From assembly GCA_963829055.1 (NCBI GenBank), contig CAWHHI010000003.1:448001-512000 (forward strand): 64,000 nucleotides of DNA, written 5' to 3'. Below the pieces are notes generated by a model. It was not told the origin of the DNA. It searched no databases and was given only the letters and a program-made list of their open reading frames with translations. A program made the position numbers and the translations under genes. Position 1 is the stretch's first letter; each line of letters begins with the position of its first letter. This document shows positions 21,212-31,634 of this stretch, piece after piece. The DNA comes from an uncultured Gemmatimonadaceae bacterium (GTDB lineage Bacteria; Gemmatimonadota; Gemmatimonadetes; Gemmatimonadales; Gemmatimonadaceae).

Positions 21212-21346
21212 TCCAGACTCCAGGAAAGAACACTTGTCGAGGGAGCGGAACGCGCCGAGCCCTGACAGTAGTGACACGCGCGGGACCGCTCAGACCCCCC
21301 ACGCTAGGTCTCGCCCTCGCCCCGAGACGATCGGTAAGAGCGGCAC

Positions 21347-21375
21347 ATTATAAGACGGGTTGGCCAGCTGAACAA
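21347..21375 (-). promoter_or_regulatory. Sigma-70 promoter of the csp gene
   Basis: Minus strand TTGTTC-N17-TATAAT; implies a 5' UTR of about 130 nt. Confidence 0.65.
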
Positions 21376-21445
21376 TACGAGCCTGGCCAAATTGTGTTGA
21401 ATCGCAAGGAATTTGTCGTTGGCGGCCTACCCCTCGTTCGGGCAA

Positions 21446-21910
21446 CTACTGGCCGACGACGCGCACTCCATTGACGAAATACTCCGTCTCTCCGAAACAG
21501 GACGTGGGCACGCCCTTGTGCTGCTCGTACTGGATCGCGACACGTTGGCCCTGCGCCTTGTTGATCACGGCCGCGAGACTGTCGCTCCGGACCGTGAACT
21601 GGAACGTGTTCGCGAGCTGCCCGGGCAGGTTGACCATCGCGATCTCGCCCTCGTAGGTCTTACAGAGCCAGCCCTTCTGGGAAAACTTCTGGACGTAGCC
21701 AACGCGCTCGCCCGAGGAGTACGTGTACGCCATCGCGATGAGAGTCCAGAGCGTGAGCCCCAGGATCGGCACGAGCACGATTGTGGCAGCCAGCAGCTTC
21801 CCCCAGTGCCGCCGCCTGAAGCTTTTCCTGACGGGCGGCTCCGAGCCACGAATTGCCTCGACATCCTTGGTGTTGTATCCCCGATCGGGGTAGTGCTCGT
21901 CTTGGGTCAT
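21446..21910 (-). CDS. Conserved single-TM hypothetical protein
   Basis: TM helix followed by [26 protein letters not shown]...GETEYFV. Confidence 0.75.
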   Translation of the reverse strand: MTQDEHYPDRGYNTKDVEAIRGSEPPVRKSFRRRHWGKLLAATIVLVPILGLTLWTLIAMAYTYSSGERVGYVQKFSQKGWLCKTYEGEIAMVNLPGQLANTFQFTVRSDSLAAVINKAQGQRVAIQYEQHKGVPTSCFGETEYFVNGVRVVGQ

Positions 21911-21969
21911 GGCAGCTCGATGTATCTTGGAACGGTAGGTTTAGACAGGATTTGGCGACGGGAGAGGTC

Positions 21970-23205
21970 GTGGCGTTCGGAACTCGCAGACATACGGTAA
22001 CAGTTACTGTTGGCGGCGTGCAAATCGGGTCGCCGCATCCGGTCGTCGTTCAGTCGATGACGAACACGGATACCGCCGACGCGGTGGGCACGGCGGACCA
22101 AGTTGCCGCACTGGCGTCCGCCGGTTCTCAACTGGTCCGCGTGACAGTAAACAACGAGGCCGCAGCAGCCGCGGTTCCGGAAATCGTCGCCCGGTTGGCG
22201 GACCGCGGAATTGATACGCCCGTTATCGGCGACTTTCACTACAACGGCCACCTGCTGCTCACGAAGTATCCCGAGTGTGCGCGCGCGCTGGCGAAGTATC
22301 GAATCAACCCGGGCAATGTCGGGAGCAAGCGGCGAGACGAGAACTTCCGATCCATCGTTACGGTCGCGCTCGAGCACGACAAACCGGTTCGCATCGGTGT
22401 GAACTGGGGATCGCTCGATCAGGATCTGTTGACGACCATGATGGACGCCAACGCCAGCTCACCCGAGCCGCGCGACGCGAAGGACGTCTACATCGAAGCG
22501 ATGATCGAGAGCGCACTTCGCTCCGCAGCGTTGGCGGAGCAGGTCGGGCTTCGCCACGATCGCATTCTGATTTCCGCCAAGGTGTCGACGGTCCAGGACC
22601 TCGTCACCGTCTACCGACGGCTCGGCGCTCGCTGCGACTTTCCGCTCCACCTGGGACTCACCGAGGCCGGACTGGGCACGAAGGGCGTCGTCGCGAGCAC
22701 GGCTGCCCTGTCGATCCTGCTGGCCGAGGGTATCGGTGATACGATCCGCGTGTCACTCACGCCGAGGCCTAACGGCGATCGCACGGAGGAAGTGCTGGTC
22801 GCGCAGCAGATTCTGCAATCGCTCGGTCTGCGCAACTTCACGCCGCAGGTCACCGCGTGCCCCGGCTGCGGACGAACAACGTCCACGTTTTTCCAGCAGA
22901 TGGCGGAGGACATCCAGAACTACCTTCGCGAGCAGATGCCGGTCTGGCGCGCGCAGCACCCGGGCGTCGAGGAGATGCGCGTCGCCGTCATGGGCTGTGT
23001 CGTCAACGGCCCGGGCGAGTCGAAGCACGCGAACATCGGGATCTCACTGCCGGGGACCTTCGAGGAACCCGTGGCGCCCGTGTACGTCGACGGGAAACTC
23101 GCGACCACGCTCCGGGGCGGGTCGATCGTGCCGGAATTTCTGGAGATTCTCGAGCAGTACGTTGCCCGTCGCTACCCGTCGGGCGAACCGGTCGCGGTAG
23201 CCTAA
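21970..23205 (+). CDS. ispG: (E)-4-hydroxy-3-methylbut-2-enyl-diphosphate synthase
   Basis: [47 protein letters not shown]; start approximate. Confidence 0.96.
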   Translation: MAFGTRRHTVTVTVGGVQIGSPHPVVVQSMTNTDTADAVGTADQVAALASAGSQLVRVTVNNEAAAAAVPEIVARLADRGIDTPVIGDFHYNGHLLLTKYPECARALAKYRINPGNVGSKRRDENFRSIVTVALEHDKPVRIGVNWGSLDQDLLTTMMDANASSPEPRDAKDVYIEAMIESALRSAALAEQVGLRHDRILISAKVSTVQDLVTVYRRLGARCDFPLHLGLTEAGLGTKGVVASTAALSILLAEGIGDTIRVSLTPRPNGDRTEEVLVAQQILQSLGLRNFTPQVTACPGCGRTTSTFFQQMAEDIQNYLREQMPVWRAQHPGVEEMRVAVMGCVVNGPGESKHANIGISLPGTFEEPVAPVYVDGKLATTLRGGSIVPEFLEILEQYVARRYPSGEPVAVA

Positions 23206-23912
23206 CGATTCACACTGCGGTCAGTAGGTTGGGACGGAGGGTAGCGCGTCTGGCTGCTCTCGCGCGCGGTCTCGGCTCCAAGCGGATTGTGCCGTACGTC
23301 GCTTCCCGGTACCCACCCTGCCAGATCGCGCGCGGCGTCATCGAGCTCGCGCATGATCGGCGCATCGAATCCGACGTCGCGTAGCCGATCGTGCACGCGG
23401 CGGTACCAGCGAATCGTAGCCTCGCGCCCTGCGCTGAAACGCCCCCAGACCGTTTCCGGATAGTCGGTGCGCTTGAGGTCCGAGAGGATGGTGCTCGCGT
23501 TATGCACTTTGTCCGCCGCACAGACCCAACAGGCACGAGCACTCGCATCGGATAGCCGCGCGAGGTAATCGTCCTTCCGCTCCTCGGACGACATTTCGGT
23601 GCCGTCGTCGTCGTACTTGCGGCTCGTCACCGCGAGCACGGTGGACAGGACATCGGTGCCGAACTTGTCAGCCACCCGACTCTCCAGCATGTCACGCGTG
23701 TACCCGTCGCGCACACAATCCTCGATCACGTCGTGGAGAATTCCCGCGACCACCGTTTCCTCATCCTGGCCGTATCGCGTCAGGATGATGGCGACGTTCG
23801 CAGGGTGCGTGAGGTAGGGAAGTCGCGTTCCCTTACGCACCTGCTGGTCGTGGTGCTTCGCCGCGAACGCGAGCGCGTGGTTGATGCGGTCCGAGTATCC
23901 GATACTCGTCAT
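23202..23912 (-). CDS. HD-domain hydrolase, Mesh1/small alarmone hydrolase-like
   Basis: [21 protein letters not shown]...ILHDVIED...ADKVHN. Confidence 0.8.
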   Translation of the reverse strand: MTSIGYSDRINHALAFAAKHHDQQVRKGTRLPYLTHPANVAIILTRYGQDEETVVAGILHDVIEDCVRDGYTRDMLESRVADKFGTDVLSTVLAVTSRKYDDDGTEMSSEERKDDYLARLSDASARACWVCAADKVHNASTILSDLKRTDYPETVWGRFSAGREATIRWYRRVHDRLRDVGFDAPIMRELDDAARDLAGWVPGSDVRHNPLGAETARESSQTRYPPSQPTDRSVNR

Positions 23913-24006
23913 GGCGGCGCCCCGTGGGCGAAAGAACTTCGAACGCGCGGATGGTTAACATAGCGCGCAGCCATGGCCTTGGGCAGACGCCCGCGGTCCG
24001 TGGTCG

Positions 24007-24441
24007 CTAGATCAATCGCGCAATAATCCCTGCAAATGTGAGATCGAGCACAAGGAGCCCCAGGCCTTGTACAATGATGCCGAGTCCGGCACCGATCCCG
24101 TTCAGTTTCCGGTTGGACATCCGTGCCGCGACGAGAGCCGCCACGCCCACTCCGACGATTCCAACGTCCAGCCCCACGGCGAACCACGTGAGTCGATCGA
24201 GACGGGTGGCCGCTGACACGTCGCGCATCGAGAGCGACTGCCAGCGTGCGGCCGCGACGATGAGCTCCGCCGAGCCCCATGCGAGCGTCTGAATCGCGAA
24301 TGCCAGAATGATCGGCGCGGCGACTCGGCGAAGCGTGAGGATGCTGACGACAGCGCTGCCGAGCACGGCGCACGTCACAGCCCAGAGCACGACGCGAATG
24401 AGGTGGCTCCGCTCAGCAGCCAACAACGTGTCAGACCACAT
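24007..24441 (-). CDS. Four-TM hypothetical membrane protein
   Basis: Four hydrophobic segments; directly downstream of the Wzc-like gene. Confidence 0.65.
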   Translation of the reverse strand: MWSDTLLAAERSHLIRVVLWAVTCAVLGSAVVSILTLRRVAAPIILAFAIQTLAWGSAELIVAAARWQSLSMRDVSAATRLDRLTWFAVGLDVGIVGVGVAALVAARMSNRKLNGIGAGLGIIVQGLGLLVLDLTFAGIIARLI

Positions 24442-24447
24442 CGCGTC

Positions 24448-26188
24448 TCAACGGTCCGAAGCGATGAGGCTCGCGTCGGTCGCGGCACGGTCGTTCGCGA
24501 ACCAACTCTCGAAGATCCACGGGGGATCGAGACTCGGAGCATCGGCAGCCCACAGCACGATGCCGATGATCTGCGCGCCGTTGTCGCGCAGGGACGCCAC
24601 GGCCGCGCGCAACGTGCTCACGAGCGAATGAGCGACGTGTGCGCAAACCAGCACCGCGGGTGCCACCCGCACATTGTTCGCCTGTCCGAATGACGACACG
24701 ATGACGGTGAGCTCATAGTGGCGTGCCGCGCGAACGATGGCGTCTCGCAGCACCTGTGCCTCGCGCGTAGCAATCGGACCGCGCTGGTCTCTGCCGCTCG
24801 GCACAACGTCGAGCAACCGGTCGCGACCGACCAACGCCTGAAGCGCGACCCGCGAGAGATCGCCGCCACCACTCAATAATCCCGCGATGCCGTCCGCCGG
24901 CGGCAGTCGAAGCACCGACGTGACGGGTTGGTTCTCGAGATCAGCATCGACGAGGAGCGTACTGCGCATTTCGTTTGCCGAGACCGCCGCAATGTTGGCC
25001 GCGATGGTCGCGGTGACCGATGAAACGTCGCCCGTGATCATCACCACCGCGCGGGACGATCCGACGACGCTCGCGTGTGATGCGAGTAGTCGGTATGCGT
25101 CGGACGTCGGGTCGATGAGTGGCGGCAACCGAAGGTCGGCCTTTCGCCTCGCGCGCTCGGGGGGAATCTCACGCGGCCGCACGACGGCGAGCACGCGCGC
25201 GCCCGTCACGCGCTCGGCTTCCTGAAGGTCAGAGACCCGTGGCCTCGAGATCTCGATCATCAAGGCGGCGGCGAATCCGAGCGTCAGACCGAGCACGAGC
25301 GCGGCAGCGAGGATCGCGATAGGAGGCGCGACGACGTTCGCTTGCGCACGTGCTTCCCGAAGCTGGCGGTCGGTCATGACGTTGGCGCGCCGCGCGACGT
25401 CGAGAGCTGAGATCGCGGAGTCGCGTCGCGCTAGCTCCGCATCGCGCCGCTGCAACGGGCCGAGCGTGTCCACCGCAACGACGACGGGTGCGCTCACCAC
25501 GGCGGGGCGTAAGCGCGCCAGCGAATCACGGAGGCTGCTCTGCCGCGATTCAGCGACGGCTTGTATCGACCTTCCCATCGCGGTCGCGCGAGCCGTCAGC
25601 GCAACGAAGATAGGATCGACGCCACCCCCGGCTCCGAACTCCTCGCGTTCGCGCTCGACGTCCGCGAGTGAATCCAGCAACGACGCGTACTCGAGGATCG
25701 TCGCGTATCGCCGGACTTTCGCCGAGTGCCCGGTACGATTGCGGAAGGGGAGAGTTCTCCACTCGGTCGAGCAGGCGCGCAAGATCGGCGCTCGCGGCGG
25801 CGATCGCATTGCGCTTCGCGACCATGTCCGTCGACAGCGTATCGGGTCGCGGAACAAGGACGGGACGGGACGCGAGCGCGCGCCGCACGGCGACAGTCGA
25901 TTCCGCGACCGCCAAGGCATGCGCTGTTGAGTCGACCGATCGCAGTAAAGGGACTGTGTCGCGCCAGCGTGTGGAGAGGGGTGCGATCTCGCGAGAGGCG
26001 CGCCGCGCGTCACGCGGCGCAAGTACCAGCAGCACGAGGGCACCCGTGAACAGCGTACCGGAGATCGCCGCGAGGCGTACAGGATGCCGCAGCGTGTTTC
26101 TCGTTCGCGCCGCGACCCATGCCGCACGCATTTCGGCGCGACGTCGGCGAGTGTAACGCGGTGCAGCTCCGGTGATCGTGTCGACCAT
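24448..26188 (-). CDS. Wzc/GumC-like co-polymerase with degenerate tyrosine-kinase domain (frameshift near 25690)
   Basis: TM, coiled coil, TM, then VLAVV..DAYRLL..ANIA..TLLVDADL; no GK[ST] Walker A. Confidence 0.6.
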
Positions 26189-26215
26189 GCGTTGGCGATA
26201 ATCGGAGGGGCGCGT

Positions 26216-27175
26216 TCAGCGCGCAAGCCGCGCGTGGGCGGATGTCGTTGGCCCTGAACTATCGGTCGTCGGTAGTCGCGAGCGAAGTGCCTCACGCAGG
26301 CTGACGATCGCGTCGTCCTTCGCTTTCGCCTCGATGTCGACGGTGATGTCGCGGTCCAACCAGGTTGGAGGGAAATCGTCGGGATCGATGTAATCCGCGT
26401 GCGGCCGCGGGTTCGATGCGTTCGCGCCGTCCCGGGAGGTGGAGACGTGCATCCAAGGCTCGCGTCCACACCAGGATTCAGTCGCGAGATCAGTCGCGGT
26501 CTCTACGTCGAGTCCGTCCGGGTTGCAGCGATGATGGTGTACGTCGTACACGAGCGGCACGCCGGACCGCATGCAGAGCGGGTGAAGGTCGTGCACCGTG
26601 AACAGGCGGTCGTCGTTCTCGAGCGCGAGTCGGGACCGCGCGTCGGAGGAGAGCCGCTCCATATTCCGCTCCAGCCGCGCGAGCGCAGCGGTTTTCCCGT
26701 CCGTCATGCCGCCGACGTGGAGCGTGATCGTATCTGCGCCGACGATGCTCGCCACCGTTGCCTGTGCGTCGAGCTCGCGGATGGAGGAGATCACGACTTC
26801 ATCGCGGGTCGAGTTCAGGACCACGAACTGGTCGGGATGAAAGCTCAGGCGAATGCCGAGCGCTCTGGCGAGCGCACCGGCGGCGACAAACGAGCGGGTG
26901 ATAGTACCGTCGTCATCCAGAGACTGAAGCGTGTATCCACTTACTGGATGTGTAATGAGCGGCAGGATCTGGCTGTTGATGCGAAAGGCGCCGATCTCGA
27001 GCTCGGCACAGCGCGCGACGGCGTGCGCCAGGGCGATGGTGTTCGAGCGCGCGATGTCACGCAGATACGAGAGCCGAGCAGGTGGCTCCAGCGTCGCGAC
27101 GTAGCGGTGGGTCGCCTGGCGGAAGCGCACGCCGCCGTCGGCGAATTGACAACACAGTCCCCAACGAATTCCCAC
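26216..27175 (-). CDS. uvsE: UV-damage endonuclease
   Basis: GLCC, RLSFHPDQFVVLNS, LENDDR, YDVHHH, HADYI, IEAKAKD. Confidence 0.93.
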   Translation of the reverse strand: MGIRWGLCCQFADGGVRFRQATHRYVATLEPPARLSYLRDIARSNTIALAHAVARCAELEIGAFRINSQILPLITHPVSGYTLQSLDDDGTITRSFVAAGALARALGIRLSFHPDQFVVLNSTRDEVVISSIRELDAQATVASIVGADTITLHVGGMTDGKTAALARLERNMERLSSDARSRLALENDDRLFTVHDLHPLCMRSGVPLVYDVHHHRCNPDGLDVETATDLATESWCGREPWMHVSTSRDGANASNPRPHADYIDPDDFPPTWLDRDITVDIEAKAKDDAIVSLREALRSRLPTTDSSGPTTSAHARLAR

Positions 27176-27325
27176 AGTCCGGCTCCGATGCGGCTCACAT
27201 TTTCGGCGCGACGCGCTGTATGAGCATGCGCGGTGCCCGCCGTGCCTAACGTTCGCACCGAGACGGCATCGACGTGCTGCTCTGCCGCGTTATGCGCTGT
27301 TATGCGCTCATGAGTGGCAAGCAAA

Positions 27326-27357
27326 CGGGGCGAGGACGCAGTAGCGTCCTCGCCCCG
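27326..27357 (-). terminator. Intrinsic terminator of the copper-protein gene
   Basis: CGGGGCGAGGACGC-AGTA-GCGTCCTCGCCCCG followed by a short U-run on the minus strand. Confidence 0.7.
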
Positions 27358-27426
27358 GAAATCATGCTGACATCTAACCCTCGTACCAACTCGACGCAGA
27401 GCGCCGAGGTGATCGAGGTCGCTGAA

Positions 27427-27939
27427 CTACTGAACCGTGATCGTGCCCTTCATGCCCATCGCGAGGTGCGGCGTGCAGTGGTACGGGTACTGACCAGGCT
27501 TCACATTCGCGAACGAGATGGTGTACGACTCGTTCGGGTTCATGAACAGCGGGCTCGAGAGCTCAGCCTGCTGGTTCGGCATGTTCGCCATCAGCTGCGG
27601 CTTGACGTCGGCCGGGATGGTGGCCGGATCAAACGCGACGTTGTGTGGGCCGCCGGAGACCATGATGAACTTGATGCCGTCGCCCGCCTTGACCGTGATG
27701 TCGGCCGGGTCGAAGCGATAGCCCTTGTCATCGCCGATCATCTTCACTTCGTGCGTCTTGCCCGTGATCGCCGCGGCCGTGCCACCGCCTGCTGCCGGCG
27801 TCGTTGCAGCCGATGCTGCCGTGTCGGTCGTGGCCGGTGCGGGTGTAGCGGTCGTAGTATCCGTTGCCTTCTCGCCACCACCGCCGCACGCACCGAGGGC
27901 GATCGCGCTGCTCACAACCATAAATCCGAGAAACCGCAT
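27427..27939 (-). CDS. Plastocyanin-like type-1 copper lipoprotein
   Basis: Lipobox LGAC, Thr/Ala linker, PHNVAFD, YHCTPHLAMGMKGTITV (His/Cys/His/Met ligands). Confidence 0.9.
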   Translation of the reverse strand: MRFLGFMVVSSAIALGACGGGGEKATDTTTATPAPATTDTAASAATTPAAGGGTAAAITGKTHEVKMIGDDKGYRFDPADITVKAGDGIKFIMVSGGPHNVAFDPATIPADVKPQLMANMPNQQAELSSPLFMNPNESYTISFANVKPGQYPYHCTPHLAMGMKGTITVQ

Positions 27940-28016
27940 TTCCTGAGGCCTCCAGAGCCGTACTAAATAGCTACGTTTGAATGAAGCCGAGACCTCCAAT
28001 GGGTGGTCTCAGAGCA

Positions 28017-28034
28017 TTGTGAATTTATTCACAT
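28017..28034. promoter_or_regulatory. Rex-operator-like / CRP-like palindrome
   Basis: TTGTGAATTTATTCACAT has one mismatch to the Rex consensus TTGTGAAnnnnTTCACAA and contains an exact TGTGA-N6-TCACA. Confidence 0.7.
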
Positions 28035-28115
28035 GGCTCCGGGAACGCAAATCGAGGGCCGGCGACGACGAATCACATGGGGGTACTCGGTGCACCCTTC
28101 ATACCGGCATCCGCA

Positions 28116-28145
28116 TTGACGCCGTGTTCATCGCCCCATTACGTT
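28116..28145 (+). promoter_or_regulatory. Putative his operon sigma-70 promoter
   Basis: TTGACG-N18-TACGTT. Confidence 0.5.
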
Positions 28146-28152
28146 CCGGCCC

Positions 28153-28224
28153 ATGATCGCCGCCTCGGTCCATCACCACACGCACCACAGCCACGTCCTT
28201 CGGGCCGAGGCCGTTTGCGTGTGA
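28153..28224 (+). CDS. hisL: his operon leader peptide MIAASVHHHTHHSHVLRAEAVCV
   Basis: 23 codons with 6 His in an 8-codon run, upstream of the terminator and hisG. Confidence 0.85.
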   Translation: MIAASVHHHTHHSHVLRAEAVCV

Positions 28225-28267
28225 GCGGATGAAGCACTGATCGATCCGCCCTGTACGCTGAACGCCG

Positions 28268-28299
28268 CGGCCCGTCCACACGACGGGCCGTTTTTGTTT
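28268..28299 (+). terminator. his attenuator terminator
   Basis: CGGCCCGTC-CACAC-GACGGGCCG-TTTTTGTTT, 40 nt before hisG. Confidence 0.88.
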
Positions 28300-28339
28300 C
28301 TCCGATACCCCTCTCGATGCGTCATAACCGACCGCAGCC

Positions 28340-29206
28340 ATGCTGAGGATCGCACTACCCAACAAGGGTCGTCTCGCAGAAGACACGCGTGATCTGTTCG
28401 AAGACGCAGGCCTCGCCGTGCGCGCTCGTGGCGAGCGGGCACTGACTGCGTCGCTGGGCGGCGAGTACGAGGCGATCTTCGTCCGCGCTCAGGATATTCC
28501 GGAGTTCGTCGCCGACGGCGCCGCCGACGCCGGTATCACCGGGTGGGACCTCGTGTGCGAATCGGAGCGCGAGCTCGACGTGCGGCTCGATCTCGAGTTC
28601 GGCCGTTGCCGGCTGGTCGTAGCGGCGCGCGAGGACAGCGGTATCGAGCGACTCGATCAGATCGTGAGCGGCCGGGTGGCTACGGTCTTTCCCCGCGTGA
28701 CGCGTCGCTTCTTCGATCGACCAGGGTGCCGCGTCGAGGTGGTCCCGGTGTCTGGTGCGGCGGAAATCGCTCCGCACCTGGGTATCGCCGACATCGTCGT
28801 CGACCTCACTTCGACGGGCTCGACTCTAAAGGTGAACGGGCTCCGCGAAGTCGCGACGGTGCTCGAGTCTTCGGCACGCCTGGTCACGCGGATGTCCGGC
28901 ACCGCACCGGCCGACTCGACGAAGCGCCGCGCGTTCGACGAACTGGCAGCCGCGCTCGAGAGTGTGTTGCGTGCACGAGGCCAGCGCTACGTCATGGCGA
29001 ACGTGCCACGCGCCGCGCTCGACCGGGTAAAGGAAGTCCTGCCAGGGCTGAACGGGCCGACGGTCATCGACATCATGAACGGCGGCGAGCACGTGGCGGT
29101 TCACGCGGTCGTGCCGGCGGCGGCCATCTTCCGCACGATCGCCCAACTGAAGGCGTTAGGCGGCGCAGGAATTCTCGTCACGCGCATCGAGAGGCTCATG
29201 CCATGA
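28340..29206 (+). CDS. hisG: ATP phosphoribosyltransferase (long form)
   Basis: IALPNKGRL, RAQDIP, GITGWD, IVVDLTSTGSTL, C-terminal regulatory domain. Confidence 0.96.
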   Translation: MLRIALPNKGRLAEDTRDLFEDAGLAVRARGERALTASLGGEYEAIFVRAQDIPEFVADGAADAGITGWDLVCESERELDVRLDLEFGRCRLVVAAREDSGIERLDQIVSGRVATVFPRVTRRFFDRPGCRVEVVPVSGAAEIAPHLGIADIVVDLTSTGSTLKVNGLREVATVLESSARLVTRMSGTAPADSTKRRAFDELAAALESVLRARGQRYVMANVPRAALDRVKEVLPGLNGPTVIDIMNGGEHVAVHAVVPAAAIFRTIAQLKALGGAGILVTRIERLMP

Positions 29207-30519
29207 CCGGAGTAGGTACAGCAGTACGCATTCGATTCCGTGGACCTGTCGCGGCGCTGAGCGCGACCGAGCGATTACGGCTCATCGACCGAGTCCCGGA
29301 GTCCGACGACATCGTGCGCACGACCAGTGAGGCGATCATCGACGTCGTCCGTCGTGAAGGCGATGCCGCGCTGGTGGCGCTCGCGCGAGACTACGACAAG
29401 GTGCGTCTCAAGTCGTTGGAAGTACCGCGCGAGACGTGGCGCGAGGCGCTGCAGGCGCTCGAGCCGGCCGTCAGAGCCGCTATGGAACGAGCCGCCGCGA
29501 ACATTCGCGCCGTGCATACCGCGATGGTGCCGCAGAGCCTGGAAACGAATCCGGAGCCGGGTGTCACCATTGGCCGACGGCCCGATCCGCTGCAGCGCGT
29601 TGGCGTGTACGCGCCCGGTGGGCGCGCCGCGTATCCGAGTAGTGTGTTGATGGGCGTCATCCCGGCGCGCGTGGCAGGCGTCGGCGACGTCATCATCTGC
29701 GCTCCGCCAGGCGCGAACGGGCTGCCCGCCGCGGTCACGCTCGCCGCGGCCGAGCTATCGGGTGCGGATAGAGTGTTTGCGGTGGGTGGTGCAGGGGCGA
29801 TCGCGGCGATGGCCTACGGCACGGAGACGATCCCTCGCGTAGACCGAATCGTCGGCCCGGGTAACGCCTACGTCGCCCAGGCGAAGCTGCTCGTCGCGAG
29901 TGCCGTCGCCATCGACGCACCCGCGGGTCCGAGTGAGCTTCTCGTGATCGCCGACGAGGACGCGAATCCCACGCGCATCGCGATCGAGCTCCTCGCCCAG
30001 GCGGAGCACGACCCGGACGCGGCGGTGGTGTTGGTCGCAGTCGGAGAGACGATCGCCGATCGAGTCGTCGCGGAGATCGAGCGCCATCTGCCGGTGCAGG
30101 CGCGGCGCACGATCATCGAGCAGGCGTTCGCCGATCGCGGCGCGGTGCTCACGGCGCCTACAACAAAGGATGCCGTGATCTTCGCGAACGAGTTCGCACC
30201 CGAACATCTCCTGCTCGCCACCCGCGATGCCGACGCACTGCTCGCCGACGTCCGCTCGGCTGGTACCGTGTTCGTGGGCGAGGCGAGCTCCGTCGTCTTC
30301 GGTGACTATATGACGGGCGCCAACCACGTTCTTCCGACTGGCGGACTCGCGCGGTCCTACTCGGGATTGAGTACGCTCGACTTCGTGCGGTGGACGACGT
30401 ACCAGCGTATAGACCGTGAGGCGGCCGCTCGCCTGTCCCAGGATGTCGGCGTGTTCGCTGACGCAGAGCAGTTGCCGGCACACGCGGCCGCAGCCCGCGC
30501 ATGGAGGCCGTCAGCGTGA
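29203..30519 (+). CDS. hisD: Histidinol dehydrogenase
   Basis: GVYAPGGRAAYPSSVLM, VGPGNAYV, AGPSE, QAEHD, APEHL, GANHVLPT. Confidence 0.96.
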   Translation: MTGVGTAVRIRFRGPVAALSATERLRLIDRVPESDDIVRTTSEAIIDVVRREGDAALVALARDYDKVRLKSLEVPRETWREALQALEPAVRAAMERAAANIRAVHTAMVPQSLETNPEPGVTIGRRPDPLQRVGVYAPGGRAAYPSSVLMGVIPARVAGVGDVIICAPPGANGLPAAVTLAAAELSGADRVFAVGGAGAIAAMAYGTETIPRVDRIVGPGNAYVAQAKLLVASAVAIDAPAGPSELLVIADEDANPTRIAIELLAQAEHDPDAAVVLVAVGETIADRVVAEIERHLPVQARRTIIEQAFADRGAVLTAPTTKDAVIFANEFAPEHLLLATRDADALLADVRSAGTVFVGEASSVVFGDYMTGANHVLPTGGLARSYSGLSTLDFVRWTTYQRIDREAAARLSQDVGVFADAEQLPAHAAAARAWRPSA

Positions 30520-31634
30520 CGCGGTCGAACTCCAGCTCCGTGGTCAGCGAGTCGCTGCAGCTGGCGCGTGCGACGATCCGCGACATCGTGCCCTATCCGA
30601 CTGAGCGCACGCCGTGTGAAGCGGACCTCAGCGATAACACGAATCTGTTCGGAGCGCCGCCGGCAGCGTTGCGCGAGCTTGCGAACAGCGGCCACGAGGA
30701 CATCACGCGCTACCCGGGGCTGCACACGCGGCAGCTTCGCGATGCGTTGGCGGAATACGCGGGCGTGCGTCCCGAACAAGTTGTCACCGGATGCGGGTCG
30801 GACGACGTGATCGATTCCGCCGTGCGCGCGTTCGCGGAGCCCGGCGAGTTGCTCGCGTACTCGGACCCGACGTTCAGCATGATCCCGGTGTTCGCGAAAG
30901 TGAACGGGCTCGTGCCGACGCCCGTGTCGTTCACGTCGTCACTCGACATCGACCCCGATGCGTTGTTGGCGACGAACGCGCGGGTGATCTACATCTGCTC
31001 GCCTAACAACCCCACCGGTACCCTACCGAGTCGTGAAGCGGTAGATCGAGTGATCGAGCGCGCGCCGGGCATCGTGATTCTCGACGAGGCATACGGCGAG
31101 TTCACGGATGCCGGACGAATCGCCGAGGGGCCCGCACACGAGCGACTGCTCGTCACGCGCACGTTATCGAAGGCGTTCGGGATGGCGGGCTTCCGCATTG
31201 GCTACGGCACCGGCGCGGCGTCGCTGATCAAGGACATCGAGCGCGTGCGCGGCCCGTACAAGGAAAACGCCCCCGGTGAACGCGCGGCGGCCGCTGCGCT
31301 CCGGGAGGACGTCGGCTGGATGCGCGACATGGCCGCGTTGGCGGTCGACAATCGAGAACGGCTCGCGGCAGCACTTCGTGCGCACGGGTTTCAGCCCTAT
31401 CCGTCGGCGGCCAACTTCATCCTCGTACCCGTACAGCACGCCGCGAAGGTCGCGCTACTCATGCGTCAACGGGGCGTTGCGGTTCGCCCCTATCTCGGAC
31501 TGCGGGGCATCGGGGATACGTTGCGCATAACGATCGGGCCGTGGCCGATGATGGAGCTCGCACTCAAGGCGCTCGTCGTCGCGCGGGACACCGTTGATCG
31601 CGGATCGAACGTCGCCGCGAACGCAACGACATGA
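30516..31634 (+). CDS. hisC: Histidinol-phosphate aminotransferase
   Basis: GCGSDD, SPNNPTG, DEAYGEF, RTLSKAFGMAGFRIGY. Confidence 0.95.
   Translation: MTRSNSSSVVSESLQLARATIRDIVPYPTERTPCEADLSDNTNLFGAPPAALRELANSGHEDITRYPGLHTRQLRDALAEYAGVRPEQVVTGCGSDDVIDSAVRAFAEPGELLAYSDPTFSMIPVFAKVNGLVPTPVSFTSSLDIDPDALLATNARVIYICSPNNPTGTLPSREAVDRVIERAPGIVILDEAYGEFTDAGRIAEGPAHERLLVTRTLSKAFGMAGFRIGYGTGAASLIKDIERVRGPYKENAPGERAAAAALREDVGWMRDMAALAVDNRERLAAALRAHGFQPYPSAANFILVPVQHAAKVALLMRQRGVAVRPYLGLRGIGDTLRITIGPWPMMELALKALVVARDTVDRGSNVAANATT

Noticed and set aside
27289..27308. Tandem GTTATGCGCT x2
   Set aside because: Only two units and no other copies seen.
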